From an uncultured Eubacteriales bacterium (GTDB lineage: Bacteria; Bacillota_I; Bacilli_A; RF39; UBA660): 58,998 nucleotides of DNA. This document shows, piece after piece, positions 47,883-58,708 of this stretch. A program made the position numbers and the translations under genes. Within the stretch, counting starts at the first letter, position 1. Each line of letters begins with the position of its first letter. The notes under the pieces were generated by a model. That model was not told the DNA's origin. It saw nothing but the letters and a program-made list of their open reading frames with translations, and made no database searches. Location: contig OMST01000008.1 of NCBI GenBank assembly GCA_900313815.1, forward strand, positions 1 through 58,998. The letters are read 5' to 3'.

Positions 47883-50036
47883 TTAATTAAACTTTGGCTG
47901 TAATTCTACTTCTAATGACATATTAGGAGTTAACTCAGTATCTTTATTAATTGTATAACTCTTAACATAACCATATCCAGTAAAATTTACATCAATATTT
48001 AATAATTTACAATATGTTTGAACTTCACTTCTAGACCATGAAGTAATATCTAGCATTTTATATTTATCTGAAGCAGTTAGAAGGAATATTTTATTATTAA
48101 GATTCATTTCAACATTCTGAGAAGGATATTGTTTTATTACTTTATTTCCTTCACCAATAACAATCGGTTTCATACCAACTGATTTTAGTGATTCTGATAC
48201 AGTTTTAACATCTTTATTTAAATAACTCTTTGTTGTATATGTAGATAACTCTGTTTCATTAGTTTCATTATTAATATTAAGATAAGTACCTACATCTTTA
48301 ACTAGTGACTTAATTGCCTCTTTAACAAGGTTTGCATTAGATATTTTAGAAGCTGCTATATAGACAATTACTTGAGGATCTTGTCCTGGAAAAACGCCTG
48401 CAAAACTTCTTACACGATTATATGAACCAGATAAATAACCACCACTTGAAGATGCAATTTCAGCTGTACCTGTTTTACCTACTAAGTCCATTCCTTTTAC
48501 ATAGTATCCAGTACCTGTAGCCATTTTAGCTCCACCTTCAACTACTCCTCTCATTAATCCTAACATTTTATTAACAGTTTGTTCATTACTTATTTGTCTA
48601 ACTTCAGTACGTTTATTTTCAAATATTAATTCACCTGTCTCACTATTAACCACTTTAGAAACTATATATGGTTTTAACATAATTCCTTTATTGGCGAGTG
48701 TTGTTAAAGCTTGAACCATTTGAATGCCACTTACAGTTACACCTTGGCCAAAGGAAGCACTTGCAATTTCAGTATTATATTTAAAATTTACTACACCTGA
48801 TGTTTCATTAGGAAGATTAATGCCTGTTTTAGAACCAAATCCTAAATTAGTATAATAATCCATTAATTTAGCTCTACCTAGTTTTAATGCAAGATTTGAA
48901 GCAGCTACATTAGAAGAACCCATAAATCCCTCATCATAAGTAATAGTTCCCCATCCATAATTATTCCAATCTCTTATTTTAGCGTCATCTACTTGAATAA
49001 AACCACTTTTATATGTTTCACTACCATTATATATTCCATTATCCATAGCAGCCATAAAACTAAATATTTTTAATGTTGAACCTGGTTCATATGCATAAGA
49101 TACAAACGGATCATAGTATGATTTAATATTTAATTCATTGTTATTAAAACTTGGACTTGAAGATACTCCTAAAATCTCGCCTGTTTTTGCATTTGCTACT
49201 ACACCTATAGCCCACTCAGGATTACCTTCATCTATTATATTCATTGCCTGTTCAGTAAACATTTGAATGTTATCATCTATAGTTAAATATACATCATTTC
49301 CAGATACACTAGTTTTTTCAGCACTAGGAGTACTAGTTATTTGATAACCATATGGATCTGATTGATACTCTATATATCCATTTTCACCTGTTAATTCATC
49401 ATTGTAATATAGTTCTACTCCCATTTCACCTACAAATTCATCATTTATTTTTTTAGCATATCCAAGTGTATATGATAAAAAGTCTCCATTTGGATAATAT
49501 CTTTTAGTACTTGCTATAAAATCAATTCCAGGTAGATCTAATGCATCTATTTGATCTTTTGTAAGTTCAGTAATTCCTCTACCCCCTGGGCCTAATTCAA
49601 CTTGATATGGAACTGTTTTAACACATGTAGTTTTATCTTCATTACATGTCTCTATTTTAGTATTTAAAAGTGATAAAATTCTTTCTTTAGTCATATTAAT
49701 AATAGGACTTAATGCTTCGGCAGTTTTTTCTTTATCTACTACATGATATGGCTTGTTTGGATCTTTAGTCCTAGATGGCTCTAAATAGGCTATTACTGTA
49801 TAACTGTTCACATCTTTTGCTAGTATTTCACCACTTTTAGAGTATATGCTACCTCTTTTAGCATATAATGTTCTTTTTCTAGTATCTCTTGATTTTGCAA
49901 ATGCTGTTAAAGTTTGATTATTTACTTTTACATTTCCAAGACCTATCCAAGTTAGTTTTATAATAATGCAAACAAAAATAAAAACAACAATAATTATGAA
50001 TATTGGACTAATCTTAATTACTCTTGTTTTCTTCAT
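47883..50036 (-). CDS. pbpB: Class B penicillin-binding protein (PBP2B/FtsI type) with two PASTA domains
   Basis: 717 aa from ATG 50036 (RBS AGGTGTGG). Transpeptidase motifs GSTLK (SxxK), SSN and KTGT. Two ~65-aa PASTA-like repeats at the C-terminus. Follows ftsL. Confidence 0.9.
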   Translation of the reverse strand: MKKTRVIKISPIFIIIVVFIFVCIIIKLTWIGLGNVKVNNQTLTAFAKSRDTRKRTLYAKRGSIYSKSGEILAKDVNSYTVIAYLEPSRTKDPNKPYHVVDKEKTAEALSPIINMTKERILSLLNTKIETCNEDKTTCVKTVPYQVELGPGGRGITELTKDQIDALDLPGIDFIASTKRYYPNGDFLSYTLGYAKKINDEFVGEMGVELYYNDELTGENGYIEYQSDPYGYQITSTPSAEKTSVSGNDVYLTIDDNIQMFTEQAMNIIDEGNPEWAIGVVANAKTGEILGVSSSPSFNNNELNIKSYYDPFVSYAYEPGSTLKIFSFMAAMDNGIYNGSETYKSGFIQVDDAKIRDWNNYGWGTITYDEGFMGSSNVAASNLALKLGRAKLMDYYTNLGFGSKTGINLPNETSGVVNFKYNTEIASASFGQGVTVSGIQMVQALTTLANKGIMLKPYIVSKVVNSETGELIFENKRTEVRQISNEQTVNKMLGLMRGVVEGGAKMATGTGYYVKGMDLVGKTGTAEIASSSGGYLSGSYNRVRSFAGVFPGQDPQVIVYIAASKISNANLVKEAIKSLVKDVGTYLNINNETNETELSTYTTKSYLNKDVKTVSESLKSVGMKPIVIGEGNKVIKQYPSQNVEMNLNNKIFLLTASDKYKMLDITSWSRSEVQTYCKLLNIDVNFTGYGYVKSYTINKDTELTPNMSLEVELQPKFN

Positions 50037-50053
50037 TTTGAACCACACCTATC

Positions 50054-50338
50054 TTATTTGGAAATTATTCTAATGTTATTATTATTATACTCCAAACCAA
50101 AAGTATCTGCAACCTCTAGAGCATTATCAAGTGATGCTAGTTCATTAATTTTCATTTGCATACTTAAATTCATTTTTTCTTGTGTATCTATTTTACTTTT
50201 TAATCTTTGAAGTTCTGAATTACCAGATTGAATCTTAGCATTTAATACAAAGCTACATAGTAAAAATAAACCGAAAAATATAACTATTCCAAGCTTTAAA
50301 AATCCTTCACCTTTTATTTTTACGTATCTTTTTTTCAT
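50054..50338 (-). CDS. ftsL: Cell division protein FtsL
   Basis: 94 aa, one TM plus a coiled coil. Canonical position between rsmH and pbp2B. Confidence 0.7.
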   Translation of the reverse strand: MKKRYVKIKGEGFLKLGIVIFFGLFLLCSFVLNAKIQSGNSELQRLKSKIDTQEKMNLSMQMKINELASLDNALEVADTFGLEYNNNNIRIISK

Positions 50339-50339
50339 G

Positions 50340-51242
50340 CTATCTTATCCTTTCTATAACTCTTAATTTTGAACTCCTACTTCTATTATTTTCATCTAAT
50401 TCATTTTCACTAGGTGTTATTTTTATTATTTTTTTAGCTCTTGCTTTTAATTCTTCAGGAACTATTGGAAGTCTTCTTGCATTTTCATCATCACTACATA
50501 GTTCTTTAAATACTTTAGCTACTATTTTGTCTTCCAATGAATGAAATGTTATCACTGATAGTCTTCCACCAACTTTTAGTAATTCAAATGCATCTCTTAT
50601 AGCGTCTTCTAGAATATCTAATTCATGATTAACTTCTATTCTAATTGCTTGAAATACTTTTCTAGCTGGATGTGACTTATTCCTATAACTTATTGGAACA
50701 TTATTTTTTATTAATTCTGCTAATTCTAATGTTGTATTTATTGGTCTATTATCAACTATAGCTTTGGCAATACTTTTAGCATATTTTTCTTCTCCATATC
50801 GATAAAAAATATCAACTAATTTCTCATAACTATATTCATTTACAACATTTTTTGCACTTAATGGATTTGACTTATCCATTCTCATATCAAGTGGTGCATC
50901 TTTGTGGAAACTAAATCCTCTTTCAGCTTCATCTAATTGAGGACTAGATACACCTAAATCAAACATAATACCATCTACTTTTTCGTCGATATAGTTTTTC
51001 ATATCTTTGAAATTGCTTTTAATGATTTTAAAGTTTGATCCTATTTTAGATAATGCTTCATTTGAATATCTAATCGCATCATCATCTTGATCAAAGGCGA
51101 AAAGGAACCCCTTTTTATTTAATTTCCTAAGAACTTCGCCGCTATGCCCTGCGTATCCCACAGTAGCATCTATGTAAATTCCACCCTCTGACACATTTAA
51201 GTTATTTATTACCTCGTCTAGTAAAACACTTTTATGCTTCAT
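50340..51242 (-). CDS. rsmH: 16S rRNA (cytosine1402-N4)-methyltransferase
   Basis: 300 aa from MKHKSVLLDEV at 51242. Patterns GIYIDATVGYAGHS, DLGVSSPQLD and FHSLEDK. Confidence 0.95.
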   Translation of the reverse strand: MKHKSVLLDEVINNLNVSEGGIYIDATVGYAGHSGEVLRKLNKKGFLFAFDQDDDAIRYSNEALSKIGSNFKIIKSNFKDMKNYIDEKVDGIMFDLGVSSPQLDEAERGFSFHKDAPLDMRMDKSNPLSAKNVVNEYSYEKLVDIFYRYGEEKYAKSIAKAIVDNRPINTTLELAELIKNNVPISYRNKSHPARKVFQAIRIEVNHELDILEDAIRDAFELLKVGGRLSVITFHSLEDKIVAKVFKELCSDDENARRLPIVPEELKARAKKIIKITPSENELDENNRSRSSKLRVIERIR

Positions 51243-51672
51243 AAACACCACTATCAAATATATTTTCTGTTATTTCTTCTAGAGATTCTTCATTGATATT
51301 CATATAATTATCAAATTCTTCTTTACTCCAGATTTCTAATCGTTCATTTACGCCGATAATAATACATTCCTTATTAATACCGGCGTAATGAACTAACGGT
51401 GAGGTAATATTAATTCGACCTTGTTTATCGAATTCTATTAAAGAAGCTCCACCAATGAAGGTTCTTTCAAAGACTCTTACATTCTTTTTGGTAAATTGTA
51501 GATTACTAACCTTTTGCATTATTTTATTCCATTCAGGTTCTGAATAAATAAATAAGCATTTGTCTAGTCCTTTAGTGATTACTATTCTATCTCCTAATTC
51601 ATTTCTAAATTTAGAAGGAATTATTAATCGACTCTTTTCATCTATATTGTGATGAAATTCACCCATTAACAT
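51232..51672 (-). CDS. mraZ: Transcriptional regulator MraZ
   Basis: 146 aa from MLMGEFHHNIDEKSRLIIPSKFR at 51672 (RBS GGGGTGAT). Two SpoVT-AbrB-type halves. Confidence 0.9.
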   Translation of the reverse strand: MLMGEFHHNIDEKSRLIIPSKFRNELGDRIVITKGLDKCLFIYSEPEWNKIMQKVSNLQFTKKNVRVFERTFIGGASLIEFDKQGRINITSPLVHYAGINKECIIIGVNERLEIWSKEEFDNYMNINEESLEEITENIFDSGVYEA

Positions 51673-51825
51673 AAAGTAATCACCCCACTTTCTACCACTT
51701 TGTTTCACTTCCTACCACTATATTACTATTTTTATAGGTATTTGTAAAGATGTTTTTTAAAATTTAATGTAAAATTTTTGTCAAATAAAAAAACCGATAA
51801 ATTTTATCGGCTTTTTAACTAGTTT

Positions 51826-53583
51826 TTACTCGTTGATATCGAACTGACTACTATATAATTCATAATAATAACCCTTATTATTTAATAACTCTTTATGAGT
51901 CCCACTTTCAACAATTTGTCCATTCTTAATAACAATTATTTTATCACTTTCAACTATAGTAGAAAGTCTATGCGCTATTACTATTGAGGTTCTACCTTTA
52001 ATTAGATTATTCATAGATTGATTTATTAAATATTCAAGTCTAGTATCAACATTACTCGTTGCTTCATCTAATATTAATATCTTAGGATCTGCGATTAGTG
52101 CTCTTGCTATAGTCATTAGCTGCTTTTCTCCAGCAGACATGTTATTTGTTTCTTCATTTATAACATAATTTAAGCCTTTTGGAAGTCCTTCTATCATATG
52201 CAGTATCTTTGCTTTATTTAATATTTTTTTAAGCTCTACATCGCTCATTTTCCTATCAAATAATATATTTTCACGAATAGTGCCTTCAAATAGCCAAGTA
52301 TCCTGTAAAACCATACTTATAAGTTTTCTGTATTCTTTTTTATCTATGTCTCTTATATCAAACCCATCTATTAATATTTGCCCTTTATAATGTGAATGGA
52401 AATTCATAAGCAAATTAACTATTGTTGTTTTACCAGCTCCAGTCTTTCCTACTAAAGCTACTCTTTCCCCTTTTTTAATCTTAAGACTGAAGTTTTTAAG
52501 AACATTCTTATCAGGTGTATATCCAAATGTAACATTTCTAAATTCTATTGATTCATTAAATGTTACTTTTTTAATTTTACCTTTATCCTCTTCTTCCATA
52601 TCTAGTATTTCATACACCCTATCTACAGAAGCAATAGCCATTTGTAAATTAGAAACTACTTGAGCAATAACATTCATAGGTCTATTGAAATCTTTCATAT
52701 ATTGTATAAATGACTGTATAGCACCTAATCTCATTCTTCCTTTTATAACAGAAATACTTCCTATACAAACAATAATTATATAATTAATATTACCTATTGC
52801 TTTATTAAAAGGTACTGCTAAAGAACTATAAAAACTACTCTTAAATCCATAATCACATAATTCTTTACTGACATCATCAAATTTAGAATTAAAATATTTT
52901 TCTTTATTAAATGATTTAACTACATCGTTATTGGTAACACTCTCTTCAACAAATGAATTTACATTACCAATTGCTTTTTGATTTAATTCAAAATATTTTT
53001 GAGTTTTCTTAACTATTACAGATAGTAATACATATGTTAATGGTATAACTGTTATAGTAAGTAATGCTAGTTTAACATCAAGTATAAACATCATTATAAT
53101 TACACTTATTAATAATGCAGCATTATATATTAATTCCGGTATTATTTCAGTTAAATTATCAGTAAGTCTTTCAACATCATTAGTAACTTTACTAATAATG
53201 TCTCCTTTTTTCATTTTGTCTAAATGACGTAATTTAATAACATTTATTTTATCTATTAATTGTTTTCTAAGAGAAAATCCAATTTCTTGTCCTAATTTAG
53301 AAGATAAATAACTTTTAAAGTATGTACATATAGCATTAATAGTATAACAACCAAATACCAACAATAATATTTTAGTCAAATATTCATAATCAAATCCGGT
53401 TTTATTTGTTACTGAATTATATAAACTATCGGTAGCAAATCCTAAAAAATAAGGTGCTAATGAATTAAATAATGCAGCAAGTAAACAGAACACTATTATT
53501 AATGCATATACTTTTTTATGTCCACCAATTATCTTAAGTGTTTTAGTAAATATTTCTTTAACGGAAGGTTTATTTTCTTTCAT
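51826..53583 (-). CDS. ABC exporter, fused permease/ATPase subunit
   Basis: 585 aa. 6-TM domain, then Walker A GKTGAGKTT, signature MSAGEKQ and Walker B ILILDEATS. Confidence 0.85.
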   Translation of the reverse strand: MKENKPSVKEIFTKTLKIIGGHKKVYALIIVFCLLAALFNSLAPYFLGFATDSLYNSVTNKTGFDYEYLTKILLLVFGCYTINAICTYFKSYLSSKLGQEIGFSLRKQLIDKINVIKLRHLDKMKKGDIISKVTNDVERLTDNLTEIIPELIYNAALLISVIIMMFILDVKLALLTITVIPLTYVLLSVIVKKTQKYFELNQKAIGNVNSFVEESVTNNDVVKSFNKEKYFNSKFDDVSKELCDYGFKSSFYSSLAVPFNKAIGNINYIIIVCIGSISVIKGRMRLGAIQSFIQYMKDFNRPMNVIAQVVSNLQMAIASVDRVYEILDMEEEDKGKIKKVTFNESIEFRNVTFGYTPDKNVLKNFSLKIKKGERVALVGKTGAGKTTIVNLLMNFHSHYKGQILIDGFDIRDIDKKEYRKLISMVLQDTWLFEGTIRENILFDRKMSDVELKKILNKAKILHMIEGLPKGLNYVINEETNNMSAGEKQLMTIARALIADPKILILDEATSNVDTRLEYLINQSMNNLIKGRTSIVIAHRLSTIVESDKIIVIKNGQIVESGTHKELLNNKGYYYELYSSQFDINE

Positions 53584-55292
53584 TATAACACCTCCCTTTG
53601 TTGTGATTTGATAAACTCTTTGAATACAGGGCTATTCTTTTCAAGATACTCATAATTACCTATAGATTCAATTTTTCCTTCTTCAAGAACAATAATTTTG
53701 TCTGATTCACGAATAGTACCTACTCTTTGAGTTACTAAAAGTATCATTTTATCTGCATAATCTTTTTTAAGATAATCTCTTATTTTTTTATCAGTTATAT
53801 AATCTACTGCTGAGAAAGAATCATCAAATAATAAGCACTCTCCACCACTAAGAAGTGCTCTAGCAATAGATATTCTTTGTTTTTGACCACCGCTTAAATT
53901 AGTAGCTGATTGTTCTACTTTATATTCATATCCTTCTTTAGTTTTATCTATAAATTCTTTAACATCTGCTTCTCTTAATACAGTATCTAGTACATTATTT
54001 GATACTTTAGAATCAAATATTAAATTCTCTCGTACTGATCCTTTAAATAATAATGTTTTTTGAGGAGTATATGCAAATATATTACGTAATGAAGTAATAT
54101 CATATTCTTGTATATTTATTCCATTAATAAGTATTTCTCCTTCAGTAACATCTAAATGGCGAAGTAATAAATTAATAATGGTTGTTTTACCACTTCCACT
54201 AGAACCTATTATTCCTATATTTTGACCATGTTCTATTCTAAAATTAATATTTTTCAACATATAGTCTTCAGCACCATCATATTTGAAATATACATTTTTA
54301 AATTCAATACTTTCAAGTTTAGTTAATTTAATAGAACCAGTATTTTCAATAGATACTTCTGCATCTAAAACTTCATTTATTCTTCTGAATGATACTAATA
54401 CTCTTGGTATATTTAGTATAATCACAAGTAGCATTAAGAAACTAATTAATACAGTAGCCATATATTGTATGAAAGCCATCATAGAGCCTATTTCTAATGT
54501 ACCAAGTTCTAGATATTTAGTTGATACCCAAACTATTACTATAGTTGCTATATTTATAGTAAGAATCATAACTGGTTGTATTAAATATAATATTTTATTT
54601 AAAAATATATTTAATTCCATATTATCTTTATTAACTTTAGCAAATCTTTTATTGAAATAATCTTGTTTATTAAATGCTTTTATTACTCTTAAACCAGATA
54701 ATATTTCGCGAGTACTTGCATTTAATTTATCAAGTAGTTTTTGTATTAGTTCAAATTTAGAAAATACTAATGAGAATATTAATATCAAAAAAAACATTAA
54801 TACTAAAACAGCTATAACTACAATATGAGCAAGATTTGGTGCAGCCTTATAACCCATAATAGCAGCTCCCAATCCCATTATCGGAGCAAATAGTATAAGT
54901 CTTAATCCAAATGAGAACGTTGATGTAATATTACTAACATTATTAGTACTTCTTGTAATTAATGTAGATGCTCCAAAAGAATCTATTTCTTTTTTACTAA
55001 AAGTGTTTATTTTACTATAAAGAGCATGTCTAATCTTATAACCATATTGATTAGAAAACTTAGATGTAGAGAATACTACTAGTACATTTGATCCTAAACA
55101 TATTATGCTAACTCCTAACATAAGTATTGCTTTATATACTATATAAGTAGTATCATCATTTTTAATACCGATATCAACTATATCACTCATTATATCGGGT
55201 AAATACAATTCACAAAATACTTGAACTATAGAAAATAATAGCATTATTACTATAAATTTCTTAAGTCCATTCATCAACTTAATTATTTTCAT
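53583..55292 (-). CDS. ABC exporter, fused permease/ATPase subunit (partner)
   Basis: 569 aa. 6-TM domain, Walker A GSSGSGKTT, signature LSGGQKQR, and a degenerate Walker B region CLLFDDSFS. A 1-nt overlap with its partner suggests a heterodimer. Confidence 0.85.
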   Translation of the reverse strand: MKIIKLMNGLKKFIVIMLLFSIVQVFCELYLPDIMSDIVDIGIKNDDTTYIVYKAILMLGVSIICLGSNVLVVFSTSKFSNQYGYKIRHALYSKINTFSKKEIDSFGASTLITRSTNNVSNITSTFSFGLRLILFAPIMGLGAAIMGYKAAPNLAHIVVIAVLVLMFFLILIFSLVFSKFELIQKLLDKLNASTREILSGLRVIKAFNKQDYFNKRFAKVNKDNMELNIFLNKILYLIQPVMILTINIATIVIVWVSTKYLELGTLEIGSMMAFIQYMATVLISFLMLLVIILNIPRVLVSFRRINEVLDAEVSIENTGSIKLTKLESIEFKNVYFKYDGAEDYMLKNINFRIEHGQNIGIIGSSGSGKTTIINLLLRHLDVTEGEILINGINIQEYDITSLRNIFAYTPQKTLLFKGSVRENLIFDSKVSNNVLDTVLREADVKEFIDKTKEGYEYKVEQSATNLSGGQKQRISIARALLSGGECLLFDDSFSAVDYITDKKIRDYLKKDYADKMILLVTQRVGTIRESDKIIVLEEGKIESIGNYEYLEKNSPVFKEFIKSQQREVL

Positions 55293-55301
55293 AAATCACC
55301 C

Positions 55302-56384
55302 TCACATTATCATGTTTATTATTTCATTCATAACATATATTTTATTTTCAGGTATAAACAGCATATTATCTTCAAGCTTTAAATATCCATTTTTAATAGC
55401 CTCATCAATCTTAAATACATGAAATATATCTTTACCAAATTTATTATTAAATTCTAATATATTAATTCCATCTAATTTTCTAAGGCCCAATATTAATTCG
55501 TTCTCCATTTCTTCTTGATTAGATACTAGTAATTCATTAAATCTAAATTCACCATTCAAATATTTATTAAAATTTCTAGTATTTTCATATCTCATATCAT
55601 TTATATATCCATGACTACCAAGACCAAATCCGTAATATTCTAAATTATTCCAATAGGTTAAATTATGTAAACTTTCATACCCCAATTTAGCAAAATTAGA
55701 GACTTCATAATGATGATATCCTTTTTTATTTAACTTTCTACATATATGTTTATACATCTTATAATCTAATTCTTCATTAATAGGCTTTACCTTATTATAA
55801 TAAAGCATAGTATGATCTTCTATTATTAATGAATATGTAGATATATGTTCAACATTCAATTTAAGTATATTCCTTAAATCCTTCATTAATACAACCATAT
55901 TTTCAGTAGGAAGAGCATATATTAAATCAACATTAATATTTTTAAATCCATTATTTCTACATAATTTAATTTTATTAAATACTTCTTTTTTATTATGAGT
56001 TCTATTCATAAATTCAAGATTCTTCTTATTAAAACTCTCTACTCCAATACTAAGTCTATTAACGCCCTTCTCTTTTAATAGTTTTAATAATTCATCATTA
56101 ATATCATTAATATTACATTCAAATGTAATTTCACATCCATTAGTTCTTTTAATTTTAGATACTATTTTAAATAATTTATCTATATTATCTAAACTTAAGG
56201 AAGATGGAGTACCACCACCTATATATATAGTTTTAACTGTATCATTTTCATAATACTCATCTATTTCTTTTTCTAAAGCATCTAAATAAATATTTGCCCA
56301 TGTATCTTTGTATAAGAATTTACAAAAATCACAATAAGAACAAATACTTTTACAAAATGGAATATGAATATATACACTTCTCAT
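55302..56384 (-). CDS. hemW: Radical SAM heme chaperone HemW (HemN-like, oxygen-independent coproporphyrinogen oxidase family)
   Basis: 360 aa. N-terminal IHIPFCKSICSYCDFC (CxxxCxxC) and GGGTPS. Confidence 0.8.
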   Translation of the reverse strand: MRSVYIHIPFCKSICSYCDFCKFLYKDTWANIYLDALEKEIDEYYENDTVKTIYIGGGTPSSLSLDNIDKLFKIVSKIKRTNGCEITFECNINDINDELLKLLKEKGVNRLSIGVESFNKKNLEFMNRTHNKKEVFNKIKLCRNNGFKNINVDLIYALPTENMVVLMKDLRNILKLNVEHISTYSLIIEDHTMLYYNKVKPINEELDYKMYKHICRKLNKKGYHHYEVSNFAKLGYESLHNLTYWNNLEYYGFGLGSHGYINDMRYENTRNFNKYLNGEFRFNELLVSNQEEMENELILGLRKLDGINILEFNNKFGKDIFHVFKIDEAIKNGYLKLEDNMLFIPENKIYVMNEIINMIM

Positions 56385-56444
56385 ATCATTACCTCTATAA
56401 TATTATAACATAAGATACAAATTAAAAATAGTTCAAAAATTGAA

Positions 56445-57125
56445 CTATTTTAATTTATGACTAACACAATTCTTTTTGTTTTGATTAAGTTCTACTGATT
56501 TATCTGAAACTATTTTCATTCTCTTGTAAGCATCAACCATTTTAACTTGATCATTTACCTTTTTAGCTTCTAAATAATCTATTTTAGCTTTCTTATACTC
56601 AGTTGAATAAAAATCCATAATAGCTCTATAATCAGTATTTGAATTATTAAGATTATCACAATAATCACTTAATATTTCATATTTATCTTTAAATTGCTTA
56701 ACTGGTTGTTTAGTAACTATAGGCTCTTTTTTAATTTCCTTTTTAACTTCCTGCTTAGGTTCTTCTTTCTTTACTTCTTTTTGAACTTTTTCTTTTTCAG
56801 CTTGTGGAAATAATTTTGATAATTTCTCTGCTTTTTTTTCCTTTTTTTGATCCTTTTCAATTACTTTAGATCTCCATATAGCTGCAAGCTCATAACTTCT
56901 ATCAAATAATAATTTAATTGGATGATATATATTGTATATAGGAATTAACATTTTAATAATTGCTTTAGCATTGTGTAAAGCCTTTTCCTTATCACTCTTT
57001 TCATCCATATATTTAACAAAATCTGGATCATATTTTTGTAAATAATTTTTTGCTCTAACTGACTTAATTACATTTATCGTACTAGCGCCAAGTCCCCATA
57101 ACCATAAATAAAATAACATCATCAT
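56445..57125 (-). CDS. Hypothetical Lys/Glu-rich protein with an N-terminal hydrophobic segment
   Basis: 226 aa. MMMLFYLWLWGLGAS followed by KEKKAEK/EVKKE low-complexity repeats. Confidence 0.45.
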   Translation of the reverse strand: MMMLFYLWLWGLGASTINVIKSVRAKNYLQKYDPDFVKYMDEKSDKEKALHNAKAIIKMLIPIYNIYHPIKLLFDRSYELAAIWRSKVIEKDQKKEKKAEKLSKLFPQAEKEKVQKEVKKEEPKQEVKKEIKKEPIVTKQPVKQFKDKYEILSDYCDNLNNSNTDYRAIMDFYSTEYKKAKIDYLEAKKVNDQVKMVDAYKRMKIVSDKSVELNQNKKNCVSHKLK

Positions 57126-57173
57126 TATCCCCCCTTAAAACTGTATACATTATATCACATTTGATACAGAATG

Positions 57174-58046
57174 TCAATTTTCAAAGTATTTTAATGGGTG
57201 TTTTTCATCACAATTAAGTCCATTTATTAAAGAATTATTGCCAATAATTTTATCAAGAGAATCAATATTTCTTTTACTCTCTAGTACTAAATTTACTGCA
57301 TTTATTATCTTGTATACACTCTCTAAGCTGTTATTATATAAGTCTATTAAAGATGTATTATATTTTTCTTTTGTACATGGATGATACCATTTCTTATGAT
57401 TTAAATTTAAATCTACGTCTTCAATATTATAGAAAGATGCACTTGATATTCTTTTTTTATAAAATATATCTATAAATCTATATATACCTTTTTTAATACC
57501 ATATTTATCATATCTAAATAACATATATATTCTCTTTACTTTATTTATACATTTATAATATAATTTACCACCATTATCTATATTATATGTTTCTTTTAAA
57601 ACATGATCTAATAGTTTTATAACATCATCATTATATTGAATATCTAAATCACTTGTTATTTTATACTCATTAGGATTTACCCCATTATTTGAAATAATAT
57701 ATTTACTTAATCCCATTTCATATACTCTATGCATTCCATTATGTAATCCACCTTTATAGAATATATAAGGATGAATAGTACTATCAAGTATATAATGGGT
57801 TAAAAAACCATATAAGCTTCCAACTACATATTTATTGTTTTCCAAATTATTATTCTTAATATATTTTATATAATTCTCAAAAAACAATAATGTTTTCTTT
57901 CTATGCATAATATACCCAATATATTTAGTTTTATTACTAAAATAAAATACATCTGGTCCTAATGAAAAATACTTAATTGATTTAGAACAATTAAATTTAT
58001 TCATTACTTTTTTACTAAAAAATATATGTGTCGTTATTTCTGCCAT
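57174..58046 (-). CDS. Hypothetical protein, possibly zinc-dependent phospholipase C-like family
   Basis: 290 aa. The N-terminal THIFF and the HYILDSTIHPYIF His-rich patterns recall the Zn-dependent PLC-like fold; this resemblance is weak. Confidence 0.3.
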   Translation of the reverse strand: MAEITTHIFFSKKVMNKFNCSKSIKYFSLGPDVFYFSNKTKYIGYIMHRKKTLLFFENYIKYIKNNNLENNKYVVGSLYGFLTHYILDSTIHPYIFYKGGLHNGMHRVYEMGLSKYIISNNGVNPNEYKITSDLDIQYNDDVIKLLDHVLKETYNIDNGGKLYYKCINKVKRIYMLFRYDKYGIKKGIYRFIDIFYKKRISSASFYNIEDVDLNLNHKKWYHPCTKEKYNTSLIDLYNNSLESVYKIINAVNLVLESKRNIDSLDKIIGNNSLINGLNCDEKHPLKYFEN

Positions 58047-58073
58047 ATTAAACTCCTACTTAATTATAACATA

Positions 58074-58102
58074 TAAAAACACCCAATAATGGGTGATTTT
58101 TT
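58074..58102. terminator. Bidirectional hairpin terminator
   Basis: cacccа-type stem: cacc ca (58080-58085) / tgggtg (58090-58095), flanked by A5 and T6 runs. Confidence 0.5.
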
Positions 58103-58114
58103 ATTATGATTAAA

Positions 58115-58708
58115 TTAATCACAATTACGCCATGTCTCTTCAGAGTAGCTTGGATTTGGATTTACACCATCAACAGGATTAGTAACATACCATTTTTTTG
58201 AAGAATCCTTTTCAACAAATGATAAATTCTTTTTGTAATCTAGTGTTTCATCAGAATTTGTAATTGATATTGTATTATCATCCTTTATTACACCATTTAT
58301 TGTATAAACATTAGATGTAGTAAAGAAACAAACATCTGATCCATATCTCACTGTACCTGTTAATATTATACTATCACCATTCACTTCATATGTTCCTACT
58401 AAAGGTTCATAAGCCACAATATTAGTATTATAAACAAATGTATTGTCATCTCTTAGTATTAGTTGATAAATTTCAATTCCATTAGGATTTAATTCAGGAT
58501 CATTACCTGGATTAAAATCCACTTCATATTCACCAACATATGTTGGATTATTCACTGTTGATTGACCTTCTTCATTTGTTGTTTGTGATTCAGGAACTGA
58601 ATTATTATTACCTCTGTTAAAATACCATATACAAATTGATATTAAACACACACCAACTACCAATAAAATTATCATTGTCATAGGTGTCTTTTTACTTTCT
58701 GTTTCCAT
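58115..58708 (-). CDS. Hypothetical N-terminally anchored extracytoplasmic protein
   Basis: Probable start METESKK at 58708 (RBS GGAAGGA); 197 aa. TM segment MTMIILLVVGVCLISICIWYF, then a soluble domain. Confidence 0.5.
   Translation of the reverse strand: METESKKTPMTMIILLVVGVCLISICIWYFNRGNNNSVPESQTTNEEGQSTVNNPTYVGEYEVDFNPGNDPELNPNGIEIYQLILRDDNTFVYNTNIVAYEPLVGTYEVNGDSIILTGTVRYGSDVCFFTTSNVYTINGVIKDDNTISITNSDETLDYKKNLSFVEKDSSKKWYVTNPVDGVNPNPSYSEETWRNCD

Noticed and set aside
206-54660. Remaining short antisense ORFs in the track: 206-397, 522-764, 1704-1889, 1975-2286, 7003-7302, 11916-12230, 12901-13128, 18017-18217, 19050-19262, 20632-20979, 21410-21628, 25797-25991, 26028-26279, 27117-27371, 30951-31163, 32078-32263, 33697-33915, 36249-36473, 38720-38902, 39526-39762, 42473-42703, 43535-43750 and 54283-54660
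   Set aside because: Each is embedded in or overlaps a longer ORF with recognisable motifs, antisense or out of frame. They are I/L/F/S/N-rich translations typical of AT-rich DNA and lack ribosome-binding sites.
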